DNA of 64,000 bases from the IMG/VR virus record IMGVR_UViG_3300042898_002521, positions 1-64,000 of that record. The stretch is one strand, 5' to 3'. Under the pieces are notes generated by a model. It was given only the letters and a program-made list of their open reading frames with translations. It was not told the DNA's origin and searched no databases. The translations under genes and the position numbers were made by a program. Positions 56,323 through 64,000 of the stretch are shown here, one piece after another; the first letter of the stretch is position 1, and each line of letters starts with the position of its first letter. This DNA comes from a virus.

Positions 56323-56742
56323 TTAAAGCACCTCTAACGTTTCACCCGCATTATTGAGGGAAGATGTTGATATTTTAACAGAATCTGTATCCCCAGAGGG
56401 AAGTAAATAAATTATAGTAAAAGTAACCGCTGCATTGTCTGAGTCAATTTCAACAGCAACTTCAGATAGTTCTAGGTCGGGCAACCAGGATACAAATAGT
56501 TGGGAAATAGCTGTTCTTGCATCTTCCACAACTTGAGAACTGGTTTCAAATATTAGACTGTTTAAGTTAGCTCCATAAATATAATACCAAACTCGCTCGT
56601 TAATTCCCGTTGATAACAGGGCTAAAAGCTTGTTTCTCCAAACTTTTGGAGAGTTATCAACAATAGAATTAACCCTGCCTTTAGTAGATAAATCAAAAGG
56701 AAGGTCAATAACATAAGAGTTATCTAGTACCGTTTTTTTCAT
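56323..56742 (-). CDS. gp25-like baseplate wedge subunit
   Basis: LLST..NERV....YG..L..LIFE...WLP. Confidence 0.8.
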   Translation of the reverse strand: MKKTVLDNSYVIDLPFDLSTKGRVNSIVDNSPKVWRNKLLALLSTGINERVWYYIYGANLNSLIFETSSQVVEDARTAISQLFVSWLPDLELSEVAVEIDSDNAAVTFTIIYLLPSGDTDSVKISTSSLNNAGETLEVL

Positions 56743-56743
56743 T

Positions 56744-56998
56744 TTAGAACGCTCCTAGCCATAGTGGAAAATTAGGGTCTCCGCCTTCAAACATTACCCA
56801 GACCCCCGTACCAGGATTACCTGGAGAAGTGCTAATAATAGGATAAGACCAACCTGTAACAGCACTACCTAAAATTTGCGGAATTTGCACTTTAATGCGG
56901 TTTGCATTTTCTGGGTCGTTTTTATCAACAACAATTCCACGGTAAATACCATAAAACCTTTTATCGGCAAGATCATTAGCAAGTAGGTTAGATAACAC
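56744..56998 (-). CDS. baseplate spike protein, OB-fold (gp5/gpV N-terminal domain)
   Basis: YRGIVVDKNDP...RIKVQIP...VWVMFEGGDPNFPLW; start re-assigned to GTG 56998. Confidence 0.8.
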   Translation of the reverse strand: MLSNLLANDLADKRFYGIYRGIVVDKNDPENANRIKVQIPQILGSAVTGWSYPIISTSPGNPGTGVWVMFEGGDPNFPLWLGAF

Positions 56999-58316
56999 CG
57001 CGAGACTCCAACCTGGTAGCTGCTGCTCGAGAACGTACCCGTGTGTCACTTGCAGTAGTTGCTTCTGACTTAGGGAGTTTTGCTCTCCATGTTGTTGCCT
57101 TATTAGTGACTGCAATATTTGGCAAAACTGCATTTGTTACAAGAGTAAACCCATCATTAGCCGTTGCTTGTGACCCCGTTATTAATACGGACTTTGAATT
57201 TACTGAAACATTTTTTACTCCAGAAACTAAAATTCTTTCTGGAATATTGTTTGGCGCTTGTACAAGTCCGTCAGACCATACAGAAGCTGCTCCAATTGAG
57301 TCAGACCCAACTTCTAGAATAGTTGTATACCGTAATATATTAGGGCTAGTTTCAACTATGCGATGCGCAGCTGATAGAACTATCCAATAACCAGTGTAGT
57401 CTTTGCCAATACCACTTAAGTAAATAGGTTTATCTGGCCCTAACGTAGGAGTTCCTAAGACTTCAATTTTAGCCCTGTAAGGGAAACGGTTTCTTTGGTT
57501 GACCCCAATAGCTTCATAGTATGCTGCATCGTAGCCAGGGGCCACGGTATCCACAGAATAGCTATCAAATAATTCAGTTCTGTATACTTCTCTTAAAGTA
57601 TCTAATCTAGTGTCTGTTACTAAATTTAAATTAGTATTTTTTGGGTCAACGCCGCCAATTTGAGTTGCGGACTTATAGGCATCTAAATACCGTACAGACT
57701 CACCAAGAGTTAAATTAAAAGAATATAAAGTAGAGCCTGCTGGGTTATTAGCTTCTCGCATAATAAAAGATTTAGCATTTTTTCTTTGGTACGTATACTC
57801 GCTAGTTAATCCTTGAAAAAATATTGAGGTGTTTTGAATACGAAACGTGTACCCACATTGTTTAGCTAGTCTAGTTATTAATTGGAGTTCAGTTTGACCA
57901 GCCTGCACAATTTGCTCGTAAACTCTGGGATGTGGTTCTACAATAGCTTGTAAAGAATACTCCTGTGCTATTTGCTCTACTACTTGGGACGCGGTTACAT
58001 TAGTAAATACTCGTTGCCTCGCTTGTTTTAACTTATAAGATGCCCCAATTAAAGTCATTTTTACAAACGCTTTTCCAGGAGTTATCTCAGGGTTAATGTC
58101 GTGGATGTACCCCACAAATTCCCGAAGCTCTTCTCGACCTTTAATTACACAACGAACTGGCTCACCTGGTCTGATGTTAGCGTACTTTACATCCCAATCC
58201 CTAAATTTAACAACGGCTACTTCATGTGCGTAACGCTCTTGATTTAGGGTAAACGAAAGTAACCGTTGAGGCGGAGTTTCTGCCAACGGAAATTCAATCG
58301 TAACGTAATTAAGCAT
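56988..58316 (-). CDS. baseplate hub protein (gp27/VgrG/gpD-like)
   Basis: TASQVV..IA..Y.L, Q.G.T..QL..RLAK..G, G.W.V...H. Confidence 0.8.
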   Translation of the reverse strand: MLNYVTIEFPLAETPPQRLLSFTLNQERYAHEVAVVKFRDWDVKYANIRPGEPVRCVIKGREELREFVGYIHDINPEITPGKAFVKMTLIGASYKLKQARQRVFTNVTASQVVEQIAQEYSLQAIVEPHPRVYEQIVQAGQTELQLITRLAKQCGYTFRIQNTSIFFQGLTSEYTYQRKNAKSFIMREANNPAGSTLYSFNLTLGESVRYLDAYKSATQIGGVDPKNTNLNLVTDTRLDTLREVYRTELFDSYSVDTVAPGYDAAYYEAIGVNQRNRFPYRAKIEVLGTPTLGPDKPIYLSGIGKDYTGYWIVLSAAHRIVETSPNILRYTTILEVGSDSIGAASVWSDGLVQAPNNIPERILVSGVKNVSVNSKSVLITGSQATANDGFTLVTNAVLPNIAVTNKATTWRAKLPKSEATTASDTRVRSRAAATRLESRGVI

Positions 58317-58590
58317 TAGGTATTCTTAACTCAGTTCCTGCAGGTATATTTATAAAATCCGTTACTTCGGGGTTGTACTCAGCAATAGCCCACCATAAAT
58401 CTGGTCGGTTATAGTATTTATTTGATATCCCTTGTAGAGTTTCTCCTTCAATAAGTGTATGAAGGTTAAACGATATGTTAGTTAAAGAATCAAAAGAATA
58501 AAAAACAATAGGGTAGGTATTACCATTTTCGTCTTTTTTAAAGTAATCAACAATTGAGTTTTCATACCTAGAGCCTGATACAATAGCCAT
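58309..58590 (-). CDS. LysM/tail-X baseplate protein
   Basis: GETLQGISNKYY..PDLWW.IAEYNP...G..LRIP. Confidence 0.8.
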   Translation of the reverse strand: MAIVSGSRYENSIVDYFKKDENGNTYPIVFYSFDSLTNISFNLHTLIEGETLQGISNKYYNRPDLWWAIAEYNPEVTDFINIPAGTELRIPNA

Positions 58591-59624
58591 TATTTTGTCG
58601 CCAATCCTGCAGTAGCCATTAAGTTGAACTGAAGGGATACATCAGTTCTAATTGGAACCATGCTTCTATTAAAAGCTATATGGCTTACCGAAATGTTATT
58701 TACATAACCTAAGTAACTCAAAGGCCCAATATCTACACGAAGAAGGGTAGGGCTTAGGAAACCAATATCAGAGCTGTCACGCCCAGTAGCTTGGTTTGTC
58801 CAACCAGGACCATTAATAGCTTTATATAAGTACTCAATGTCGGCTATAGTTCCAAGTTTTCTAAGTTCTTTTATTTTATTTTTAAAATAATCCTGGTAAG
58901 AGCCAGTAGTATCAAACGTTCCCGCTAAATCGTAGTATTGTTTATCTGCAAATTTTTTTGCAATTTGATCTTCACTTGGATTTGCAGCTCCAGGGGCAAT
59001 ACCTTGAATACAAGCAAAGTCATTAGTCCTATCTAGACGAATTGTAAATGCAAGCGCCTCACCACTTGGAAATGCCCCAGCAACATCAACAAACTTATCA
59101 GCAAACGTGGGGGTAATGTCAAGGTTTACAGCAACTGAGGTGGTAATTGTGTCAGGGTTCCATAGAAACTGAAATCCGTATCTAGGGTCTTTTTTATTGG
59201 TTCCGTTATTATTACCAGTTGAAGTAGCGTATGTATTACCAGGTCGGGCATACCAATAAATTCTTCCTCGCCTATACCTATCGGATACGCCAATGTTTAA
59301 CTGTCGAACTTTTTGATTAACTACAGTATTGCCTATCATAGTTGACGGTTCAACGGGCATACTCCATTGGTGTGGAGGTAAGTTCCATTGATACCGATAT
59401 AAAATGTTTGGAGTAGCACTCAACGTTGGAATAGCAGTAGCGAGAGGGGCTGAAGACAAAGCATCATCTATTTTACCTAGCAACTCATCTGTTGCGGATG
59501 TTCCAAGATTTACTGGATTAAAAGGTAAACTTTCTGTTACTACACTGTTGTTTTGTGCAATTTGCCTCGAAGAAGACGCGCTAGAGCTTGGTAGACTGCT
59601 GTTACCATTAGTAATATTTGCCAT
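58590..59624 (-). CDS. tail tube initiator-like protein
   Basis: FQFLWNP.TI; F...MVP.RT.V; position after tape measure. Confidence 0.65.
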   Translation of the reverse strand: MANITNGNSSLPSSSASSSRQIAQNNSVVTESLPFNPVNLGTSATDELLGKIDDALSSAPLATAIPTLSATPNILYRYQWNLPPHQWSMPVEPSTMIGNTVVNQKVRQLNIGVSDRYRRGRIYWYARPGNTYATSTGNNNGTNKKDPRYGFQFLWNPDTITTSVAVNLDITPTFADKFVDVAGAFPSGEALAFTIRLDRTNDFACIQGIAPGAANPSEDQIAKKFADKQYYDLAGTFDTTGSYQDYFKNKIKELRKLGTIADIEYLYKAINGPGWTNQATGRDSSDIGFLSPTLLRVDIGPLSYLGYVNNISVSHIAFNRSMVPIRTDVSLQFNLMATAGLATK

Positions 59625-59632
59625 TGTGTCCT

Positions 59633-61171
59633 CTAACTCTTAGCCGTCATAGCTTTGTAAATTGCATCCCCAAATGCATATGGATCGTCAGAACTGCTAG
59701 TAACATTAATTGTTATGCTGCCTGTGTATAAAGGTCCAGCTTTTGAAGCCATAGTTGCGCCTGTTGTACGTATACCAGTTGACTCAATGGCTTGGTCTGC
59801 AACACCAAAATTTCTGTTTTCTGCATCTTTTAAGACTGCAGCTAGTGCCGCACCGCCAAGAAAATGACTAGCGTTTCCAGCAGATAATGCGTCCGATAAA
59901 ACTCCACCAGCTCCGCCTCGTATTCCCGCAAATGTTTCCATTACGGTAGCTAAATTTAATCCTTTTCTCATAGCTGTTCTCATTTTATCTTGCGCCCCAG
60001 CCGCTTTTCCTGTTCCATATTCGCTACCAAAAATATTAAACATTCCTTGAATTGCGTTATTTGCGCTAGTAAGCCCTTGAATAACAGGATTAGACAAGTT
60101 TTGTAACATTTGTAACTCTGAAGAACTTCTGTTACTTGTGGTCATTGCGCCTTGACTTAAAGCGCCACTTTCTTCAAGAGAACCTCTTTTAGGATATTTT
60201 TTGCTTGTATTTTTTGAAAAACCCATTCCTTTTGATTTTTGAATAAGTCCAGCAATAATTGTAGAACGAATATTAGGGTCTCCGCCAAAATATTGATTAA
60301 TAATACTATCTAACGCATTACCAGACATAGCAGATATAGCAATGTCTCTTTCAGTAAGGGCCCCACCTCTAGCTAGTAATGTGTATAACTGGTCAATAAT
60401 ATTACTTAAATCATTCATACCAGTACCATCAGGAGTTCTAACTTGAACGCCAAACATTCTTAACATGTTTACGTTAGACGCTTGGTTTAATCCAGCCATT
60501 ACTCCAGCACCACCAGTAATTCCTATACCAGGAGTAAGGTTTGAGGCTAGTGCTGCGCCACCAAGAATTCCTGTGTATCCTGTGCCAGCTCTAAAATTTT
60601 TTAAACCAGGCATTAATCCCGATGAAGTTAAACTATTAATTGCGGTAGGGGCGTCTAGTGCACTAATTGCGGTACCCATACTTGAGGCTTGTTTTTGAAT
60701 ATTAAAGCCTTCTTTATTGGATATATTTCCGTTATTGTAAAATCTAAGCCTATTTGAAAGTTGCTCCAGATACACAGCTTCATTAGTGGTTGGACCTAGT
60801 GCGGCTCCAGCCATTCCAACATTAAGCGCATAGGACCCAACTTTTCCTAGCATGCCAAGGCTTTTTTGAAGTCCCGTACGATCGTCTGCCGATTTAAATC
60901 TTTCGGGAGTACTAGGTATTGTAGCGCTCGGTGCGGTACTTGTAGGTGCCCCGCCTGCAAATGAGGCAAACCCAGTAGAGCCAAAAGTTCCGCCAGGACC
61001 AGGTTTAGATGTGCTTACGTTGCCTTGGCTAGAGGAACCACCACCAGAAGAAGATGAGCCACCAGATATAGCCGCACCACCTCGTTCCAGGTGGTTTGCG
61101 GTTTTTTCAGCTTTAGATACGATACTATCTAAAATTTTATCGGTATTCTCTAAATCATCATTGAGTGCCAT
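59633..61171 (-). CDS. tape-measure-like protein
   Basis: Gly/Ala-rich helical protein following the tail chaperones. Confidence 0.6.
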   Translation of the reverse strand: MALNDDLENTDKILDSIVSKAEKTANHLERGGAAISGGSSSSGGGSSSQGNVSTSKPGPGGTFGSTGFASFAGGAPTSTAPSATIPSTPERFKSADDRTGLQKSLGMLGKVGSYALNVGMAGAALGPTTNEAVYLEQLSNRLRFYNNGNISNKEGFNIQKQASSMGTAISALDAPTAINSLTSSGLMPGLKNFRAGTGYTGILGGAALASNLTPGIGITGGAGVMAGLNQASNVNMLRMFGVQVRTPDGTGMNDLSNIIDQLYTLLARGGALTERDIAISAMSGNALDSIINQYFGGDPNIRSTIIAGLIQKSKGMGFSKNTSKKYPKRGSLEESGALSQGAMTTSNRSSSELQMLQNLSNPVIQGLTSANNAIQGMFNIFGSEYGTGKAAGAQDKMRTAMRKGLNLATVMETFAGIRGGAGGVLSDALSAGNASHFLGGAALAAVLKDAENRNFGVADQAIESTGIRTTGATMASKAGPLYTGSITINVTSSSDDPYAFGDAIYKAMTAKS

Positions 61172-61180
61172 GCTAATCCT

Positions 61181-61291
61181 TTATCTTCTGGCTCTTCTAA
61201 GCCAATTTTGCCTTTCCCTAAAAGAAAGAGAGCGCACATCGCTCATGCTCCAACCAGGAAATGCACGGATTAGTACTTCATAGGTGTCCAT
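61181..61291 (-). CDS. small tail assembly chaperone extension (possibly a frameshift product)
   Basis: manual ORF MDTYEVLIRAFPGWSMSDVRSLSFRERQNWL; frame open back to the upstream TTT CGC. Confidence 0.6.
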   Translation of the reverse strand: MDTYEVLIRAFPGWSMSDVRSLSFRERQNWLRRARR

Positions 61292-61313
61292 TAGGTATTC
61301 GTAGTCTTTATTA

Positions 61314-62111
61314 TTATAAGCGAAATAAGTCCGCTAGACTTAGTGATAACGGAATTTCCGTACCACATGCCTTGCAAGCCTTACTCACCTCCCCAAGGCG
61401 TGGGCCTGGGTTTCTTTTGTATATTTCATTTGCAAGAAGTTCTCGGTCAGCCATTCCCAGTCCTAGAGCAGTACTTCTACCCATTGAAGGCTCACCGTCT
61501 ATAGAGATTAAACATCCTGATAGCAGCGCAGTAACAAGTTCTGGAAAAGCGCCGTTTTCAATTTCTAGTAGGCGTTTTGTTGTTACGCCATTAGGCATTC
61601 CAACTTTAAATTCGCCAGCTTTTCCTTTTACGGTAAACACTCGATCATTAATTGGGTTTTCTAGAAATTCAGTTTTTAAATCTGTTTCTAAATCAAACTC
61701 AATATCTTGAAGTTCTCCGCAAGTGCAGGTTACTTTAAATGGAACAGTGCTGCCAAAAGTAGCAATCCTAATACCTACAAGAATAGATTCTCTATCCCCA
61801 GCTAATAAAGTATCTAAATCTTGTTTTGTAGGAGGCTCGTCCCCTAACAATACAAGGCCTTGTTTAAAGATAACTTCTAGCGCACGACCTACAGAAAGTG
61901 TTGAGGCAATAAGTTCCTCATCAGCCCCAGTAAGTTCACGAATAGTAGCAGATTTAATTAATATTCCCTCGTTATTAATTAAACCCCCAGGTAAAAATAC
62001 CTCATTACTAATTGGCATTTGAGTAGTAATAGGCTCTAGGTCACTAGACTCGTCCATAAACTGCTTAGCAAGTTCATTAATTTTATCTGGGTTGGTAATT
62101 GTTTGTTCCAT
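61314..62111 (-). CDS. tail assembly chaperone / gp26-like hub assembly protein
   Basis: IRELTGADEE, L..GDR..IL..IRIATFG, CxC and CxxC. Confidence 0.75.
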   Translation of the reverse strand: MEQTITNPDKINELAKQFMDESSDLEPITTQMPISNEVFLPGGLINNEGILIKSATIRELTGADEELIASTLSVGRALEVIFKQGLVLLGDEPPTKQDLDTLLAGDRESILVGIRIATFGSTVPFKVTCTCGELQDIEFDLETDLKTEFLENPINDRVFTVKGKAGEFKVGMPNGVTTKRLLEIENGAFPELVTALLSGCLISIDGEPSMGRSTALGLGMADRELLANEIYKRNPGPRLGEVSKACKACGTEIPLSLSLADLFRL

Positions 62112-62149
62112 TAGTGCTCCTTATTTAACTCGAAATAGTCTATCGTAGT

Positions 62150-62773
62150 TTAAGCAAACCCAGCTGGTTTGTAGTTTCCAGTAGCAGCAGTTCCATCTGC
62201 GTTAAGCATTGCTACAGATAAACCTTCGTGAACTAATGTCATTTGCTCAAACATAAGCTCGTTAGCACCAGCGTTTAGATCAGAAAACGCTAGGCTAGTA
62301 ATCCAAGCATTGTGTAGGTAAAATCCAATTCTTGGAATGTTGGTGGAAGTCCCAGCATTTGGGTGGTCCATAGCTTCAATAGTTACTTTACAACGGAAGT
62401 TGTTAGCGTTACTGGTAGTACCTACAGCCAGTCCTTCTCCCGATGCTGCGGCAAATAAGCCTCTCATCCAAGTAATAGCACTATCATTTCCGTACAAAGC
62501 TCCACGGCTAAACGTTACAGGCGAGAATGTAGCCATGCCAGGAACCTGGTGCATAGTAGTGTTGTACCCACCCTCACGGTACGTGATAGGAGCTACCGTA
62601 GTATTAAGACCAGATACAGAGTTAAACCCGCCACTAAAGCTAGTAATAGCGGAACTAAATGCGGTTCCACCAGCAATGTTAAATTTAGCGCGGAATCTAA
62701 ATGCACGCATTGGGTCAGTTTGAATGGTAGAACGTGAGTCAATCACATTCAGATTTTTAGTTGTTTCTGACAT
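62150..62773 (-). CDS. tail tube protein (T4 gp19-like)
   Basis: DP.R.FRF, GF..VSGL, YREGG, PG...F..VT.SRG, NAW....SDL.A. Confidence 0.88.
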   Translation of the reverse strand: MSETTKNLNVIDSRSTIQTDPMRAFRFRAKFNIAGGTAFSSAITSFSGGFNSVSGLNTTVAPITYREGGYNTTMHQVPGMATFSPVTFSRGALYGNDSAITWMRGLFAAASGEGLAVGTTSNANNFRCKVTIEAMDHPNAGTSTNIPRIGFYLHNAWITSLAFSDLNAGANELMFEQMTLVHEGLSVAMLNADGTAATGNYKPAGFA

Positions 62774-62787
62774 GTTGTGTTGTCTCC

Positions 62788-63999
62788 TTAAATAGAGGTA
62801 GTAACGGTGGCTCCACCGTCAATCTGACCAAGTTTAATAATTACGAATTCAGCTGGGCGAAGCAACGCTACGCCTACCTCAATTCTGAGTTCTCCAGCAG
62901 CAATTACTTGTGAGGTATTAATAGTTGCATCACATTTAACGTAAAACGCTTCAGATTCTGTAGAACCAAATAAGCCACCATCGTTCCAGAAGTCTGAAAG
63001 AATTCCTCTTACAGTTCCAGTTACAGTGTTCCACAATGTAGCGTTGTTAGGCTCAAATACTGCAAATGCAGTGGAGTTTTTAAGGGTGTTTGACAAGTAG
63101 TTCAAAGTACGACGCACTGGAACATACTTATCTGAGTACAAGCTGCTAAGAGTTCTAGCTCCCATTACACAAATTCCTGAACCTGGTACAAAACGAATAA
63201 CGTTTAAGTTGCTTGTACTTCCGCTAATTAAATCAAACTCTTCGCTAGTTAGCGCGGGTACAGAGACCGCTGAACGAACCAATGCATTTGAACCCGCAGG
63301 AGCTTTAAACACGCCTCTAGCTGCGTCTGTGGACGCGTAAAGAGCAGCTACAGCGCCTCCAGGACCGACAGTCTTGGTAGCACCAGTTGTAGATGCTGGA
63401 TCAGCAATTACAATGTACGGGTAGTAGGCAGCACCATAATTCAAGTTATTTGTGTAAGAACCGATTCCAACATCAGCTGTGGTGCTTAATACATTAGCTA
63501 CCGTATCGTTTTTAGCATCAATTACTACAAATGAATCTCCGCGGGTTGCCGCGTAGCTTAATAACCCGTTAATTGTTGCCGTAGTGCTAACATTTGGGTA
63601 GTTTAAAATAAGTGGAGAAGAAACAGCGTCTAATCTAGCAAGTACTTGAGAAGATAAAGTAGGCGCAGTTGAACCGTCAGAACCAGCAACTCCTGCAAGA
63701 GTAACAACGGTTGTACCTGTTTTTCCAAGTTTTGCAGCAGACAAAGTTGCTGTACTAAAACTTGCGGTATTCCAAACAAACGAACCGTCTACTCCGCTAA
63801 TATTTGCAGACGTAGTTGCAGTTCCCCAGTAGCCAGTAAATGCTGGAAGGTCGTACCGTCCAGTAGTAGCCGCTGCATTATCTGATACCGTAATCCAATT
63901 AGAGTTGCTTCCAATAATATTTACAAAATAACGAGCGTTTGTTGAATCCATGCTTAAACTAGTAAACCGCTCAACCCTGTTAGTGGCGGTAAGTTCAGT
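62788..63999 (-). CDS. tail sheath protein (5' end beyond window)
   Basis: AAYYP, RGVFKAPAG, GARTL, YVPVRR, FEPN..LW, AFYVKCD, PAEF; frame open to the edge. Confidence 0.92.
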   Translation of the reverse strand, partial: TELTATNRVERFTSLSMDSTNARYFVNIIGSNSNWITVSDNAAATTGRYDLPAFTGYWGTATTSANISGVDGSFVWNTASFSTATLSAAKLGKTGTTVVTLAGVAGSDGSTAPTLSSQVLARLDAVSSPLILNYPNVSTTATINGLLSYAATRGDSFVVIDAKNDTVANVLSTTADVGIGSYTNNLNYGAAYYPYIVIADPASTTGATKTVGPGGAVAALYASTDAARGVFKAPAGSNALVRSAVSVPALTSEEFDLISGSTSNLNVIRFVPGSGICVMGARTLSSLYSDKYVPVRRTLNYLSNTLKNSTAFAVFEPNNATLWNTVTGTVRGILSDFWNDGGLFGSTESEAFYVKCDATINTSQVIAAGELRIEVGVALLRPAEFVIIKLGQIDGGATVTTSI

Positions 64000-64000
64000 A

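Noticed and set aside
16238-62737. Numerous plus-strand ORFs opposite the minus-strand genes
   Set aside because: Antisense shadows of well-supported genes with recognisable motifs.

Overview
64 kb of a large contractile-tailed (myovirus-type) phage genome. The host is probably a low-GC actinobacterium, inferred from WhiB, ClgR-like and DUF4192 genes and many leaderless promoters. Layout: (i) 1-2092, minus strand: small modifying enzymes (Arr-like ADP-ribosyltransferase, two GNATs) sharing an N-terminal peptide tag; (ii) 2100-15490, plus strand: an early/host-takeover region built of repeated regulatory cassettes, then a MoxR AAA+/vWA pair; (iii) 15661-64000, minus strand: class II RNR, nucleotide/recombination/replication genes (RecA, PolA, primase, DnaB, DnaC-like loader, initiator), tRNA-Asn, and a baseplate/tail module up to a truncated sheath gene. 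Most notable unexplained structure: (a) six tightly tiled stem-closed RNA domains (11827-12526), five sharing a 5'-AC/CUC-3' internal loop, lying inside an ORF that is translationally coupled at both ends, plus a solo copy at 7466-7589; (b) a 79-nt RNA that looks like the tRNA-like domain of tmRNA with no tag reading frame (40106-40184); (c) early cassettes combining terminators, DnaA-box arrays, five cloverleaf palindromes, eight CRP-type boxes and a conserved promoter. All calls come from reading motifs by eye; no searches or folding programs were run.
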